DNA from: a virus
Lineage: Duplodnaviria > Caudoviricetes
Length of the DNA: 64,000 nt
Reading direction: 5' to 3' (one strand)
Virus record (IMG/VR): IMGVR_UViG_3300038412_000036
Location: 3,123-67,122 of that record
Part shown: in pieces, positions 15,061 to 24,280 of the stretch
How the letters are laid out: each line of letters begins with the position of its first letter
How positions within the stretch are numbered: position 1 is the first letter of the stretch
Position numbers and translations under genes: made by a program
The notes under the pieces: model-generated
Seen by the model: only the letters and a program-made list of their open reading frames with translations
Told to the model about the DNA's origin: nothing
Databases searched by the model: none

Positions 15061-16749
15061 ATGGCGCTCCCGGACAAGCATCCCGAGTACGTCAATCGAC
15101 TCGGCGAGTGGATTCAGATGCAGGACACCTATGACGGCGAGCGTGCGGTCAAGACGAAGCGTCTTGACTACCTGCCTGCCACCGAGGGCATGATCCAAGA
15201 CGGCATGAACACCCCGTCATCGCCCGGCTGGAAGGACTACGAAGGCTATCTGCTCCGCGCGGTCTTCCGCAACTTCGTCAAGGAAGCCGTGCAAGCAATG
15301 GTCGGCATCCTGCACAACAAGCCCGCGATCATCACGCTGCCGCCCCGACTTGAGGGCATGATGCAGTCGGCGACGATTCAAGGTGAGACGCTGCAACAGC
15401 TCGTCCGCCGCATCTTCGTCGGCCAGCTCGTGAAGGGCCGCCTCGGATTGCTGGTGGATGCACCGACCGGTCAGGACGTGAACAAGGCGCTACCCTATAT
15501 CGCGGTCTATGACGCCGAGCGCATCATCAACTGGGACGCTGGTAGGCTCAACGAGGGCCGCAACGTCCTCCAGCTCGTCGTGCTCGACGAGAGCGGCTAT
15601 CGCCGCGAAGGCTTCACGTGGAAGAACGAACGCAAGTATCGCGTGCTCGCGCGTGGCGTGCCAGAGGATTTGGAGAGCGGCTGGGAGACCCCGGCCCCGG
15701 ATGCCGAGTACGCCCTCTGTGTCAAGGTCAATGATTCGAGCATGCCAACGCAGAAGGACTTCATCGTCCCGCATATCGGCGGCGTCACGCTCAAGGAAAT
15801 TCCGTTCGTGTTCATCAACGCGAACGATTGTGTGCCAGAACCGGAAGTCCCCCCACTTCTCAATCTGAGCAACCTGTCGCTGGCGATCTATCGCGCCGAG
15901 GCAGACTACCGTCAGACACTGTACTTGCAGGGCCAGCAAACGTTGGTCCTGATCGGCACAGAGGGCGACGACGGCGACGAGAACACGCCGCTCCGGATCG
16001 GCAACAAAGGCATGATCCAAATGAAGCAGGGCTCGGACGCCAAATACATTGGCGTCAGCGCGTCCGGCCTCGCCGAAATGCGGCAGTCGCTGACGAACGA
16101 CAAGACGGACGCGGCTGCCGAAGGCGTTGCGTTCCTCGATGTTGGCAACTCGGCACACGAGAGTGGTGAAGCTCTGCGCGTCCGCGTAGCGGCACGAACC
16201 ACGACGATCAGCTCGATTGCGCACGCTGCGGAGTCGGGCATCGAGCGCGCCCTGAAGTGGGCCGCCGAGTGGGTCGGTGAGGACCCGGACACGGTCAAGG
16301 TCGAACTGCCGAAGGATTTCGCCGACCAGACGGTGCAGGGCGCGATGCTCCTCGCCATCATGCAGGCGAAGCAACTGGGTCTGCCGCTGTCGCTCAAGTC
16401 GCTCCATGGCTTGATGCGTGCCAACGACATGACTGAGCTGACCTTCGACGAGGAGAACGACCAGATCGAAGCCGAGAGCGAGACCATGCTCGGCACTATG
16501 GTCGGCCCCTACAACATGCCGACCGACGACAACTTCCTCGACGAGAACAACCCGGCCGATCTCGACCCGGCGGGCGGTGCAGGCGGCGGCCCCGGCGGAC
16601 CATCTCAGGACCCGCAGGGCGGCGGAGGCGCAACTCCTCCCGGCGCTCCGGTCCCGATCACGCCGCACGTGCGCGGCTCGCCGACACCTCTGAAGCTGAA
16701 GAAGGGCGCGAAGGGCGCGTCCGCCGGTAAGGGCAAGGGCAGCAAATGA
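15061..16749 (+). CDS. portal protein (DUF4055-type)
   Basis: Follows TerL; HPEY...G..AVK...YLP; ESGEAL; size 562 aa; G/P/K-rich tail. Confidence 0.88.
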   Translation: MALPDKHPEYVNRLGEWIQMQDTYDGERAVKTKRLDYLPATEGMIQDGMNTPSSPGWKDYEGYLLRAVFRNFVKEAVQAMVGILHNKPAIITLPPRLEGMMQSATIQGETLQQLVRRIFVGQLVKGRLGLLVDAPTGQDVNKALPYIAVYDAERIINWDAGRLNEGRNVLQLVVLDESGYRREGFTWKNERKYRVLARGVPEDLESGWETPAPDAEYALCVKVNDSSMPTQKDFIVPHIGGVTLKEIPFVFINANDCVPEPEVPPLLNLSNLSLAIYRAEADYRQTLYLQGQQTLVLIGTEGDDGDENTPLRIGNKGMIQMKQGSDAKYIGVSASGLAEMRQSLTNDKTDAAAEGVAFLDVGNSAHESGEALRVRVAARTTTISSIAHAAESGIERALKWAAEWVGEDPDTVKVELPKDFADQTVQGAMLLAIMQAKQLGLPLSLKSLHGLMRANDMTELTFDEENDQIEAESETMLGTMVGPYNMPTDDNFLDENNPADLDPAGGAGGGPGGPSQDPQGGGGATPPGAPVPITPHVRGSPTPLKLKKGAKGASAGKGKGSK

Positions 16750-16982
16750 GCGAACACGTCCGCAAGACATTCAAGCAAGCTCTCGACATCCTCGACCAAA
16801 GCGAACCTTTGATCCGTGAGGTGATCGAGAGCGAACTGTTCGATGCTGCGGGCGTGAACAACGTGAAGAGAAACCTGTCGAAGAAGGCGACCGACAGGGT
16901 GATGCACAAGATCGTTGCGATCCGGTCACATCACCTCAAGGCCGCTTTCAAGCATCTGAGAGCAAACCTTCCGCATGTATAA
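16746..16982 (+). CDS. hypothetical protein
   Basis: ORF track; ATGA overlap with portal. Confidence 0.6.
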   Translation: MSEHVRKTFKQALDILDQSEPLIREVIESELFDAAGVNNVKRNLSKKATDRVMHKIVAIRSHHLKAAFKHLRANLPHV

Positions 16983-17865
16983 TCCCGACCAATCACGCGA
17001 CTACCATGGTCGATTCGGCTCCGGCGGTGCGCCTACAACGCCCGAAGAAGCGAACACGCATGCGCAACAGATCGCAGGGAAGTACAAGCCACTCAACGGA
17101 CTGCCGCAGAAGCCCATCCAGCTCGGACAGAACTACTATACTCCGGGGCCGATTGCGTTCCTGAAAGACGCGGCGAACGAGTACATGCAGAAGGCCGGGC
17201 TCGAATATCACGAGCCGACCGACTACGCCAAGCTCAACAAGGATCGCGCGCAGGCGATTGCGCAGGAGTTCGACAAAGAGGTGCACAACCCGAACGACCC
17301 GGCCGTGAAGGCATCCTACGAGGCGCTGGCGAAAGAGACGCTGGCGCAATGGCAGGTCCTGAAAGACAGCGGCGTCAAGGTCGAGTGGATCAAGCCCGGC
17401 ATGCAGGACCCCTACGCGGCCAGCCCGCGCATGGCGGCCATGGATGTTGCCGAGAACAGGCATTGGTGGGGCTACCCGAGCGATCTCGGCTTCGGCTCCG
17501 ACGAAGAGTCGAAGAAGTACAACGCGGACAATCCGCTGCTCAAACCCGTCCCGGGCGAGATGATCGACGGCCGTCCGGTCGTCGTCAACGACGTGTTCCG
17601 GATCGTGCACGACATGTTCGGCCACCTCAAAGAGGGAAATGGCTTCCGTGCTGAGGGCGAGGAGAACGCTTGGCGCTCGCACGCTGCGATGTTTAGCGAT
17701 CTCGCGCGACCGGCGATGACGAACGAAACGCGCGGACAGAATAGCTGGGTCAACTTCGGACCCTACGGCGAGACAAACCGGACCGCGAGCGCAGCCAATA
17801 CGCACTTCGCGCCGCAGAAGATCGGCCTCCTGCCAAAGTGGGCGTCTGAAGAAGGTCGGGCATGA
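16975..17865 (+). CDS. putative head-associated protein with zincin-like HDxFGH...GEE domain
   Basis: N-terminal YNPDQSRDYHGRFGSGG motif; NDVFRIVHDMFGH...GFRAEGEENAW...ETRGQNSW. Confidence 0.6.
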   Translation: MYNPDQSRDYHGRFGSGGAPTTPEEANTHAQQIAGKYKPLNGLPQKPIQLGQNYYTPGPIAFLKDAANEYMQKAGLEYHEPTDYAKLNKDRAQAIAQEFDKEVHNPNDPAVKASYEALAKETLAQWQVLKDSGVKVEWIKPGMQDPYAASPRMAAMDVAENRHWWGYPSDLGFGSDEESKKYNADNPLLKPVPGEMIDGRPVVVNDVFRIVHDMFGHLKEGNGFRAEGEENAWRSHAAMFSDLARPAMTNETRGQNSWVNFGPYGETNRTASAANTHFAPQKIGLLPKWASEEGRA

Positions 17866-18215
17866 AGGCGAAGATCGACATCAACGGCGGCGAGCACGAC
17901 GCGGAGGCTTGGGACAAGCACCGCGCGAAGCATGCGCCAAAGGTACTCAAGATTCACGGTCGATCACTCTCGACATGGGCGAGGGAGATTTTGGGGCAGG
18001 ACTTGAAGCGGATCGAGACCGCGATCCAGCTCGGACTTACATCAGGGGACAGCAACACGGATATAGCCCATCGTGTCATTGGCAGCCGCAAGCATAACGG
18101 CATCAACGGCATGACTGAGGTAACGAGGCAACATATTCTCGCTCTCGGGCGAGGATATCTGCGCAAGCGCAAAACCCACATGAGTGGGGCTCCGGCGAAT
18201 GGTTCGACGGAGTGA
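17862..18215 (+). pseudogene. truncated MuF/head morphogenesis protein fragment
   Basis: GRSLSTW...DLKRIETAIQLGLTSGDSNTDIAHRVIG...G.TEVTR matches the mid-region of MuF-type minor head proteins but stops before the conserved C-terminal part; may still be expressed. Confidence 0.5.
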
Positions 18216-18234
18216 ACACGCGAAAGGTACTACC

Positions 18235-19101
18235 ATGAAACTCAAGGCATCATATGCGACAGCCGAGGAGATTCCGGAAGGCTATGCTGATCTCTACACC
18301 GAGCGCAACGGTCAGTTCGAATTGACCGGCATCGAAGGCGTGAAGTCCCAAGCCGACATCGACCGCATCTCGAATGCACTTCGCAAGGAGCGCGACGACC
18401 ACAAGAAGACCCGCGAGTCTCTTCAGGCGTTCGGCGACCTCAACCCCGAGGAAGTCCACACCAAGCTGGAAGGCTTCGACGCGCTCAACGAGCAGTACGA
18501 AGCTCTGAAAGCCAACGGTGGCGGCACTCCGGAGGCGACCGAGAACCTGATCGCTGCGCGCGTGAAGGCTGCCCTCGGTCCGGTCGAACGCCAGCGTGAC
18601 CAGCTCCAGCGTCGCATCGAAGAGACGCAGAAGCAGGTCGCCGAGCGTGAGAACGTCATCGGCGAGCTGAAGACCAACATGACGCAGGAGCGCATCGAGC
18701 GCACCGTGCGTGATGCGGCTGCGGCGGCGAAGCTCCTCAGCCCGGCGATCAGCGATGCGATCCTGCACTCGCGCGGTCTCTTCGAATACGAAGAGGGCAC
18801 GAACAAGATCGTCACCAAGGATGTGAACGGCGTCACCCCGGGCCTCACTCCGGCGGAATGGCTCAACGACATGAAGGAGAAGGCCCCGCACTGGTGGCCC
18901 GCATCCCTCGGCGGCGGAGCTGGCGGCGGCGGCCCGAACAGTGGCAACCTGTCGAACGCGCAAAACCCGTGGTCGCCGGAAGGCTGGAACATCACCCGTC
19001 AGGGCCAGTACATCAAGCAGCATGGCATCGAAAAGGCCACTGCAATGGCTGAGCGGGTCGGCTCCAAGATCGGCGCAACCAAGCCGACAAAGGCTGCGTA
19101 A
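18235..19101 (+). CDS. capsid scaffold protein
   Basis: Coiled-coil; Y..LY.E..G.F.L..IEG; EWL..MKEKAPHWWP; C-terminal NPWS...WNITRQG; position between portal and capsid. Confidence 0.85.
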   Translation: MKLKASYATAEEIPEGYADLYTERNGQFELTGIEGVKSQADIDRISNALRKERDDHKKTRESLQAFGDLNPEEVHTKLEGFDALNEQYEALKANGGGTPEATENLIAARVKAALGPVERQRDQLQRRIEETQKQVAERENVIGELKTNMTQERIERTVRDAAAAAKLLSPAISDAILHSRGLFEYEEGTNKIVTKDVNGVTPGLTPAEWLNDMKEKAPHWWPASLGGGAGGGGPNSGNLSNAQNPWSPEGWNITRQGQYIKQHGIEKATAMAERVGSKIGATKPTKAA

Positions 19102-19120
19102 AACGCCAGTCGCCAAACCG

Positions 19121-19158
19121 AATCGTCCCGGGTATCATACCCGGGACGATTTTTATTT
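19121..19158 (+). terminator. rho-independent terminator
   Basis: AATCGTCCCGGGTAT-C-ATACCCGGGACGATT followed by T-run. Confidence 0.8.
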
Positions 19159-19173
19159 GTGCAGGAGAGCCCT

Positions 19174-19329
19174 ATGCTGTTAGCCGCTGTAAACGCTGCC
19201 GAAGACGCCATGGGCCTCGATGTCATGGTCGTGATCGGTGTCATGGGAGTTGCGGCCGTCGGCGCTGCTCTCGTCGTTGGCGGGGCCATCTGGGTCCTCG
19301 CACAGATCGCGAAGGGATTCACCCACTAA
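19174..19329 (+). CDS. small membrane protein (51 aa)
   Basis: Hand translation; AGGAGA RBS; hydrophobic; TAATG coupling. Confidence 0.55.
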   Translation: MLLAAVNAAEDAMGLDVMVVIGVMGVAAVGAALVVGGAIWVLAQIAKGFTH

Positions 19330-19616
19330 TGGCCGACGCAGCATTCGCCGACAACCCTTGGTCTGCCGAACACTGGAATCTCACCCGGCAGGGCCAATAC
19401 ATCAAGAAGTACGGGCTTGAGGTCGCCAAGACGAAGGCGAAGCAGGCTGGCGCTCGCATTGGCGGCCCGAAGCCCGCCGCGCAGATCGGCCCGTTCATGC
19501 CGCTCCCCAAGGGCCGCAACTTCACAGTGATCGTCCAACACAAGGGCCTCGCCGCGCCCGTCGGCGGTGGCGGCCTCGTCGGCGCAGGCTCCAGCGGCAC
19601 CGGAGCGCCCACCTAA
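19329..19616 (+). CDS. protein with copy of scaffold C-terminal motif
   Basis: NPWSAEHWNLTRQGQYIKKYG vs scaffold NPWSPEGWNITRQGQYIKQHG. Confidence 0.75.
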   Translation: MADAAFADNPWSAEHWNLTRQGQYIKKYGLEVAKTKAKQAGARIGGPKPAAQIGPFMPLPKGRNFTVIVQHKGLAAPVGGGGLVGAGSSGTGAPT

Positions 19617-20098
19617 TGACTGGCCCGCTCCAGCCCGAAGTCGATGGCGAGTTCTATATCGACAACGTTCCGAACGATTTCTGGCTCCGCGAGTCTGGCG
19701 CGTGGGACAAGAAGGGTCGGCTCGTGCGCGCGACCTATGTCTGCCTCGTCAGCGCGGGGCCATATCCGTTCACCGCATCTCAGCAATTCGAGCTGGCGCT
19801 CGGCGAGACGCCGATCCACTTCTACGACACCTTCAGCCGACCGCGCACCGTCGTGACGTGCGAGTATCCGGCGAAAGCAAACTGCTCCGTCGTCTTCACC
19901 GACAATCTTGCAGGCTTCCTCAGCACGGGCACCAACGTGATCGTTCAAGCAGACTTCACCCCGGCATCGCAGACCGCGAATCTGACAATCAACGACGTGA
20001 TCGTTCCGGCGTTCGCGCCGCTGTGGGTCGTCATGCCCGCTGTCGCTGATCTGACAATGGCTGGATTGCGTGCTCTCTTCGCCGGAGAGCCCGCATGA
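19616..20098 (+). CDS. virion structural protein (fibre-associated)
   Basis: DGEFYID...W motif; C-terminus PAVADLTMAGL resembles PAVADATLANI of 36463..37311. Confidence 0.6.
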   Translation: MTGPLQPEVDGEFYIDNVPNDFWLRESGAWDKKGRLVRATYVCLVSAGPYPFTASQQFELALGETPIHFYDTFSRPRTVVTCEYPAKANCSVVFTDNLAGFLSTGTNVIVQADFTPASQTANLTINDVIVPAFAPLWVVMPAVADLTMAGLRALFAGEPA

Positions 20099-22371
20099 CT
20101 ATAGTCCTCTATACGGGCAACACTGGCTCCAACACAGTCTCCAGCATCACCGAGGCTGGGACGGTCAACAACTCGTTCGCCAGCCTCTCCTCGCAGGTCG
20201 GCAACGGCATGGCCGCCGTGTGCGATAGCTCCGGCAACCTCTTCATCCTGACCTCGACCGGCGTCTCCAAAATCACACCGTCAGGGACTGTCTCGTCGTT
20301 CGCCACGGGTCTGACCAGCCCACAGAAGCTGGTCATCGACAGCTCGGACAATCTTTACGTTGTATGCGCCACAGCTACGGCGACAGTTGCCAAGATCACC
20401 CCGTCCGGGACGGTGACCAACCCGTGGGCGACGACGGTGGCGAACGGCTACTTTGGCATCGCCATCGATAGCTCGGGCAACGTTTACACCGGATCGAGCA
20501 CGGGCGTCATTTCGAAGATCACCCCGGCCGGGTCGGTGACGGCGACATGGGCGACGGTCAGCTCGTTCGCTGAGTCTATGTGCTTCGACAGTTCGGGAAA
20601 CATGTACGTCGTCAACACGGGCGGCAACACGGTTTCGAAGATTACCCCGGCTGCGGTGGTGACGCTGACCTACGCGACTGTCGGCTCCAGCCCGACGAAC
20701 ATCGTTTGCGACAGCTCCAACAACCTCTATGTCGCTTGCGCGACGAGCCCGGCGAGGATCGACAAGATCAGCTCGGCAGGGTCGGTGACCACCTCGTGGG
20801 CGTCCTTCACTGGCACCACCGGCTCGCCCCAGAACATGATCATCGACTTGGCGACAGGCAACATCTACGTTGACCTGTTCTCCGGCCCCGGCAAGATCAT
20901 GAAGGTCACCTCGGCTGGTGTGGTGACTAACCCCTTCGCGACGGTCGGCAATCAGCCGTCCCCGATGGCTATGACGCTCGCGCCGCTCGCGATCCTCTCC
21001 GGAACGTCGTACAGCGGCAGCCCCAGCGGCAGCCCGACAGGTACGTTCACGTTCACCAACTCCGCGCCTTGCGTCGCGATCTTTACTTTCGATAGTGTCG
21101 GCGTCGGCGGCTACTGCCCGATCACGAGCGTAACGGATAGCGCGGGAAACACGTGGCATCGGCGATCTCAAACCGAGTATACGTCCGCGTACAACGGGTG
21201 GTTCGGCGTCAACACATTCGTCCATGAAGTTTGGTGGGCGAACATAACCGCGATCAACAGTTCGGCAGTTACCGTCACACTCAACGTTGCGAATACGGCC
21301 ACCTTCCTCGGCACTGGCTATCAAGTCCATATGTTCGGCGTGACGGGCTCACCGTCACCGACAGCACCATGGGAGCCCAGCGGCTACCATGCGGCTGAAT
21401 ACGGCAATAACTCCGGCGTCGCTACGACGCCGAGTGCAGCGTGGTCGGCAGCATCGGCTAACGCGATGATCCTGTCGTCGCTGACCGAGATCACGACGAG
21501 CAGTTCATCTCCCTCGACGATCCCGCCAACCGGGTTCACGACCATCAGCAGCGACGTAGTAGGCTCTACGAATAAATTTGAAACCGGTGTCTCGTATCTT
21601 AATAGCACCGGCACAGGCACCGCGTCTTATAGCGGGACTTGCGTCTCGTGGGTTGTCGTAAACGATGCTCTGGTCGGTGTTGGCACAGGTTCCAGCGCTG
21701 ACGTTACCCCTACGACTAACGTGACCGGCACGATCACGACCTCGCTGACGAAAGCGGCGATCTCCGCCGCCGGGTGGACGACGGTCAAGGGCACGGTCGC
21801 GACCAACCTGACCAAGGCGTCGCAACTCGCTACGGGTGCGGAGGTGGCCGTTGACGGCACGATCACCACCCGGCTGACGAAGCTTTCACAGTCGCTCTCC
21901 GGACAGGAGAAGTTCGTCGTCAACACGATGGACACCGCGTTGTCGAAGCTATCGCAATCGGCGGGCGGCTGGACAACCATCCGTGGCACGATCACGACCT
22001 CGCTCAGCAAAGTCAACATGCAGGCGACGGACGTGGAGGTGTTCACCGGCACGATCACGACAGCGCTCCCGGCGCATTCCGTCCTGCTAGAAGCGCGCAC
22101 CTTCGAAGTCTTCAGCGGCACGATCACGACGAACCTCAGCCCGTTCAAGATGGCGCAGTCGCTGGTCGCCGAGGAGGATTTTGTCGGCACCATCGTGACG
22201 CGGCTGGGCGGCGAGAACGGTCAGGGCATCGGCAACGTCGTGCAGGCGCTGGAGATCATCGAAGGCCCGATCACGATGCAGCTTCAGCCGTTCCGCCCGC
22301 TGATCCTCGGCGCGCAGCTCGGGACACCGGGTGCAGGCAAGTGGTTTTCGTACCGGTATATGGACAGCTAA
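20095..22371 (+). CDS. fibre/spike protein with NHL-type beta-propeller and C-terminal strand repeats
   Basis: About 40-aa repeats (DSSGNxYV...xSKITPxG); C-terminal GTITTxLxK repeats; very Ser/Thr-rich. Confidence 0.75.
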   Translation: MTIVLYTGNTGSNTVSSITEAGTVNNSFASLSSQVGNGMAAVCDSSGNLFILTSTGVSKITPSGTVSSFATGLTSPQKLVIDSSDNLYVVCATATATVAKITPSGTVTNPWATTVANGYFGIAIDSSGNVYTGSSTGVISKITPAGSVTATWATVSSFAESMCFDSSGNMYVVNTGGNTVSKITPAAVVTLTYATVGSSPTNIVCDSSNNLYVACATSPARIDKISSAGSVTTSWASFTGTTGSPQNMIIDLATGNIYVDLFSGPGKIMKVTSAGVVTNPFATVGNQPSPMAMTLAPLAILSGTSYSGSPSGSPTGTFTFTNSAPCVAIFTFDSVGVGGYCPITSVTDSAGNTWHRRSQTEYTSAYNGWFGVNTFVHEVWWANITAINSSAVTVTLNVANTATFLGTGYQVHMFGVTGSPSPTAPWEPSGYHAAEYGNNSGVATTPSAAWSAASANAMILSSLTEITTSSSSPSTIPPTGFTTISSDVVGSTNKFETGVSYLNSTGTGTASYSGTCVSWVVVNDALVGVGTGSSADVTPTTNVTGTITTSLTKAAISAAGWTTVKGTVATNLTKASQLATGAEVAVDGTITTRLTKLSQSLSGQEKFVVNTMDTALSKLSQSAGGWTTIRGTITTSLSKVNMQATDVEVFTGTITTALPAHSVLLEARTFEVFSGTITTNLSPFKMAQSLVAEEDFVGTIVTRLGGENGQGIGNVVQALEIIEGPITMQLQPFRPLILGAQLGTPGAGKWFSYRYMDS

Positions 22372-22373
22372 AT

Positions 22374-22407
22374 GCTAGGCGACAGGCGATAGCCTATAGC
22401 CTATAAT
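22374..22407 (+). promoter_or_regulatory. GCTAG-type late promoter 2
   Basis: GCTAG-GCGACA-N17-TATAAT. Confidence 0.65.
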
Positions 22408-22435
22408 TCACCTCGAATCGGATAAGGAGTTTCCT

Positions 22436-22879
22436 ATGGCCGCCAATCCTATGGTCTCAATGATCAGCGCTCGCGCAGCGCTCGACGCGCTGCTCGCCAA
22501 GCTCAACGTTGGCGGCACTGCGGGTCACATCAAGATTTTCACGGGCGCGATGCCCGCAACCTGCGAAACGGCAGACAGCGGCGTCCTGCTCTCGACTCTC
22601 ACGCTGAGCGTGACCGCGTTCCCGGCCTCGACGGACCCCGGAAGTACGGGTCTGGCGACGGCGACCGCGAACGCGATCACCTCAGACACCAACGCTGCGG
22701 CCTCCGGCACCGCCGGATACTTCCGCGCCTACGATTCGCTCGGCGTTTGTATCGTGCAAGGCACCGTCGGCACCTCGGCCGCCGACATGATCCTCAACAC
22801 GACCGCGATCTCGGCGGGCGCGACTGTCGCAATCACGTCGTGGGTTGTTACTCTGCCTGACGGCTCGGGCGCTGACTAA
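22436..22879 (+). CDS. small beta-rich virion protein (fibre assembly/adaptor)
   Basis: IKIFTG..P...LLSTLTL...ASGTAGYFR...G.VGTS..D.IL.TT.I..G; paralog of 41062..41439. Confidence 0.7.
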   Translation: MAANPMVSMISARAALDALLAKLNVGGTAGHIKIFTGAMPATCETADSGVLLSTLTLSVTAFPASTDPGSTGLATATANAITSDTNAAASGTAGYFRAYDSLGVCIVQGTVGTSAADMILNTTAISAGATVAITSWVVTLPDGSGAD

Positions 22880-22909
22880 TCTGTCAGAAAAACGCTACAA
22901 ATTTCTTAC

Positions 22910-22938
22910 ATCGCCCGCGCCAAAACGCGGGCGATTTT
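22910..22938 (+). terminator. rho-independent terminator
   Basis: ATCGCCCGCG-CCAAAA-CGCGGGCGAT-TTT. Confidence 0.75.
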
Positions 22939-22951
22939 CGTTTCGAAAAAT

Positions 22952-22985
22952 GCTAGTTGTTCTGAATCTAGTTTTACTTTAGCCT
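22952..22985 (+). promoter_or_regulatory. GCTAG-type late promoter 3 (major capsid)
   Basis: GCTAG-TTGTTC-N17-TAGCCT right after terminator. Confidence 0.6.
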
Positions 22986-23110
22986 AGAGGCACAATTTAG
23001 GAATATCTCTTCGCCGACCGTGGCGTCATTCGCGACGAGATGATTCTGACGAACGCCAGACACCTCCATGGGGCGGTGCTGATAAACTCTCACCCCACCA
23101 TGAGGCTCAC

Positions 23111-24205
23111 ATGACTGTCTCGACCCAAATTTCGGACGTGATCGTCCCCGCAGTTTTCACGCCGTACACCCAGCAGCTCACGATGGAGAAGACCGCCATC
23201 ATCCAGAGCGGCATCGCGGCTCGCGATGACTTTCTGGACAACCTGCTCGCTGGCGGCGGTCTGACCTTCACCGTTCCGTCTTGGCAGGACATCGGCGATC
23301 CCGCCGAAAACGTGTCCTCGGACAACCCCAACTCGACCTCGACCCCGAACATCACGCAGGCGTCGGCCGAAGTCGCGGTGCGCCTCTCGCGTAACGCGAG
23401 CTGGAGCACGATGCGTCTCGCCACCGCTCTGGCCGGTGCCGACCCGATGCAGTCCATCGCTTCCCGCGTTTCGGACTACTGGGTCCGTCGCCTTCAGCGC
23501 GCGTTCGTCGCGGTCTGTCAGGGCATCTTCGCCAACAACGCCCTCGCCGACCCGACGCTGGGTCGCTCCGGGCAGGTCGGCATCAACGCTGGCTACGGCA
23601 AGCAGAACGACCTCACCCACGACATCTCCGGCGCGAGCTTCACTGCCGGTGTCACCAACTTCTCGGCTGCGGCGTTCATCGACGCCTCGACTCTGCTCGG
23701 CGACGCCGCGCAGGACGTGACGGCGGTGTTCATGCACAGCATCGTCTACTCGACGGCGCAGAAGAACAACCTGATCGACATGATCCCGGACGCCGAAGGC
23801 CACGTCAACATCCCGACGTTCCTCGGCCGCCGAGTGATCGTCGATGACGGCATGCCCAACCCGGCGGGCGACGCCTCCAACGGCTCCCAGACCGCCGCTG
23901 GCATCTACCACACGTGGCTTGTCGGCCCGGCTGCCTTCCGCCTCGGCGTCGGCACCCCGATTGTCCCGACCGAAATTTTCCGTTACCCGGATCAGGGCAA
24001 CGGTGCCGGTTCGGACGTGCTCTACAACCGCGTCGAATGGTGTATCCACCCGGTGGGTCACGCCTACGTCGGCTCCCCGTCCACGCAGGGCGGCCCGACC
24101 AACGCGGCGACCGCAGGCAACCTCGCCTATCAGACCTCGTGGGTCCGCGTGTTCCCCGAGCGCAAGCAGATCAAGCTGGCGCGTCTGATCACCCGCGAAT
24201 CGTAA
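23111..24205 (+). CDS. major capsid protein
   Basis: T.ISDVIVP.VF.PY; TFLGRRVIVDDGMP; WC.HP.G; size 364 aa; strong codon bias; followed by terminator. Confidence 0.92.
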   Translation: MTVSTQISDVIVPAVFTPYTQQLTMEKTAIIQSGIAARDDFLDNLLAGGGLTFTVPSWQDIGDPAENVSSDNPNSTSTPNITQASAEVAVRLSRNASWSTMRLATALAGADPMQSIASRVSDYWVRRLQRAFVAVCQGIFANNALADPTLGRSGQVGINAGYGKQNDLTHDISGASFTAGVTNFSAAAFIDASTLLGDAAQDVTAVFMHSIVYSTAQKNNLIDMIPDAEGHVNIPTFLGRRVIVDDGMPNPAGDASNGSQTAAGIYHTWLVGPAAFRLGVGTPIVPTEIFRYPDQGNGAGSDVLYNRVEWCIHPVGHAYVGSPSTQGGPTNAATAGNLAYQTSWVRVFPERKQIKLARLITRES

Positions 24206-24230
24206 GGTTCGCTGATCGGTTAAAGAACCA

Positions 24231-24262
24231 AAGGCCCGCTCGGCAATCGGGCGGGCCTTTTG
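24231..24262 (+). terminator. rho-independent terminator
   Basis: AAGGCCCGCTCG-GCAAT-CGGGCGGGCCTT-TT. Confidence 0.8.
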
Positions 24263-24280
24263 ATTACAGGGAACATCACC

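Noticed and set aside
17390-17410. KPGMQD shared between ORFs 16975 and 10662
   Set aside because: In 16975 it lies inside a globular domain; a single hexapeptide match is not enough to call it the PxxxGM tag.
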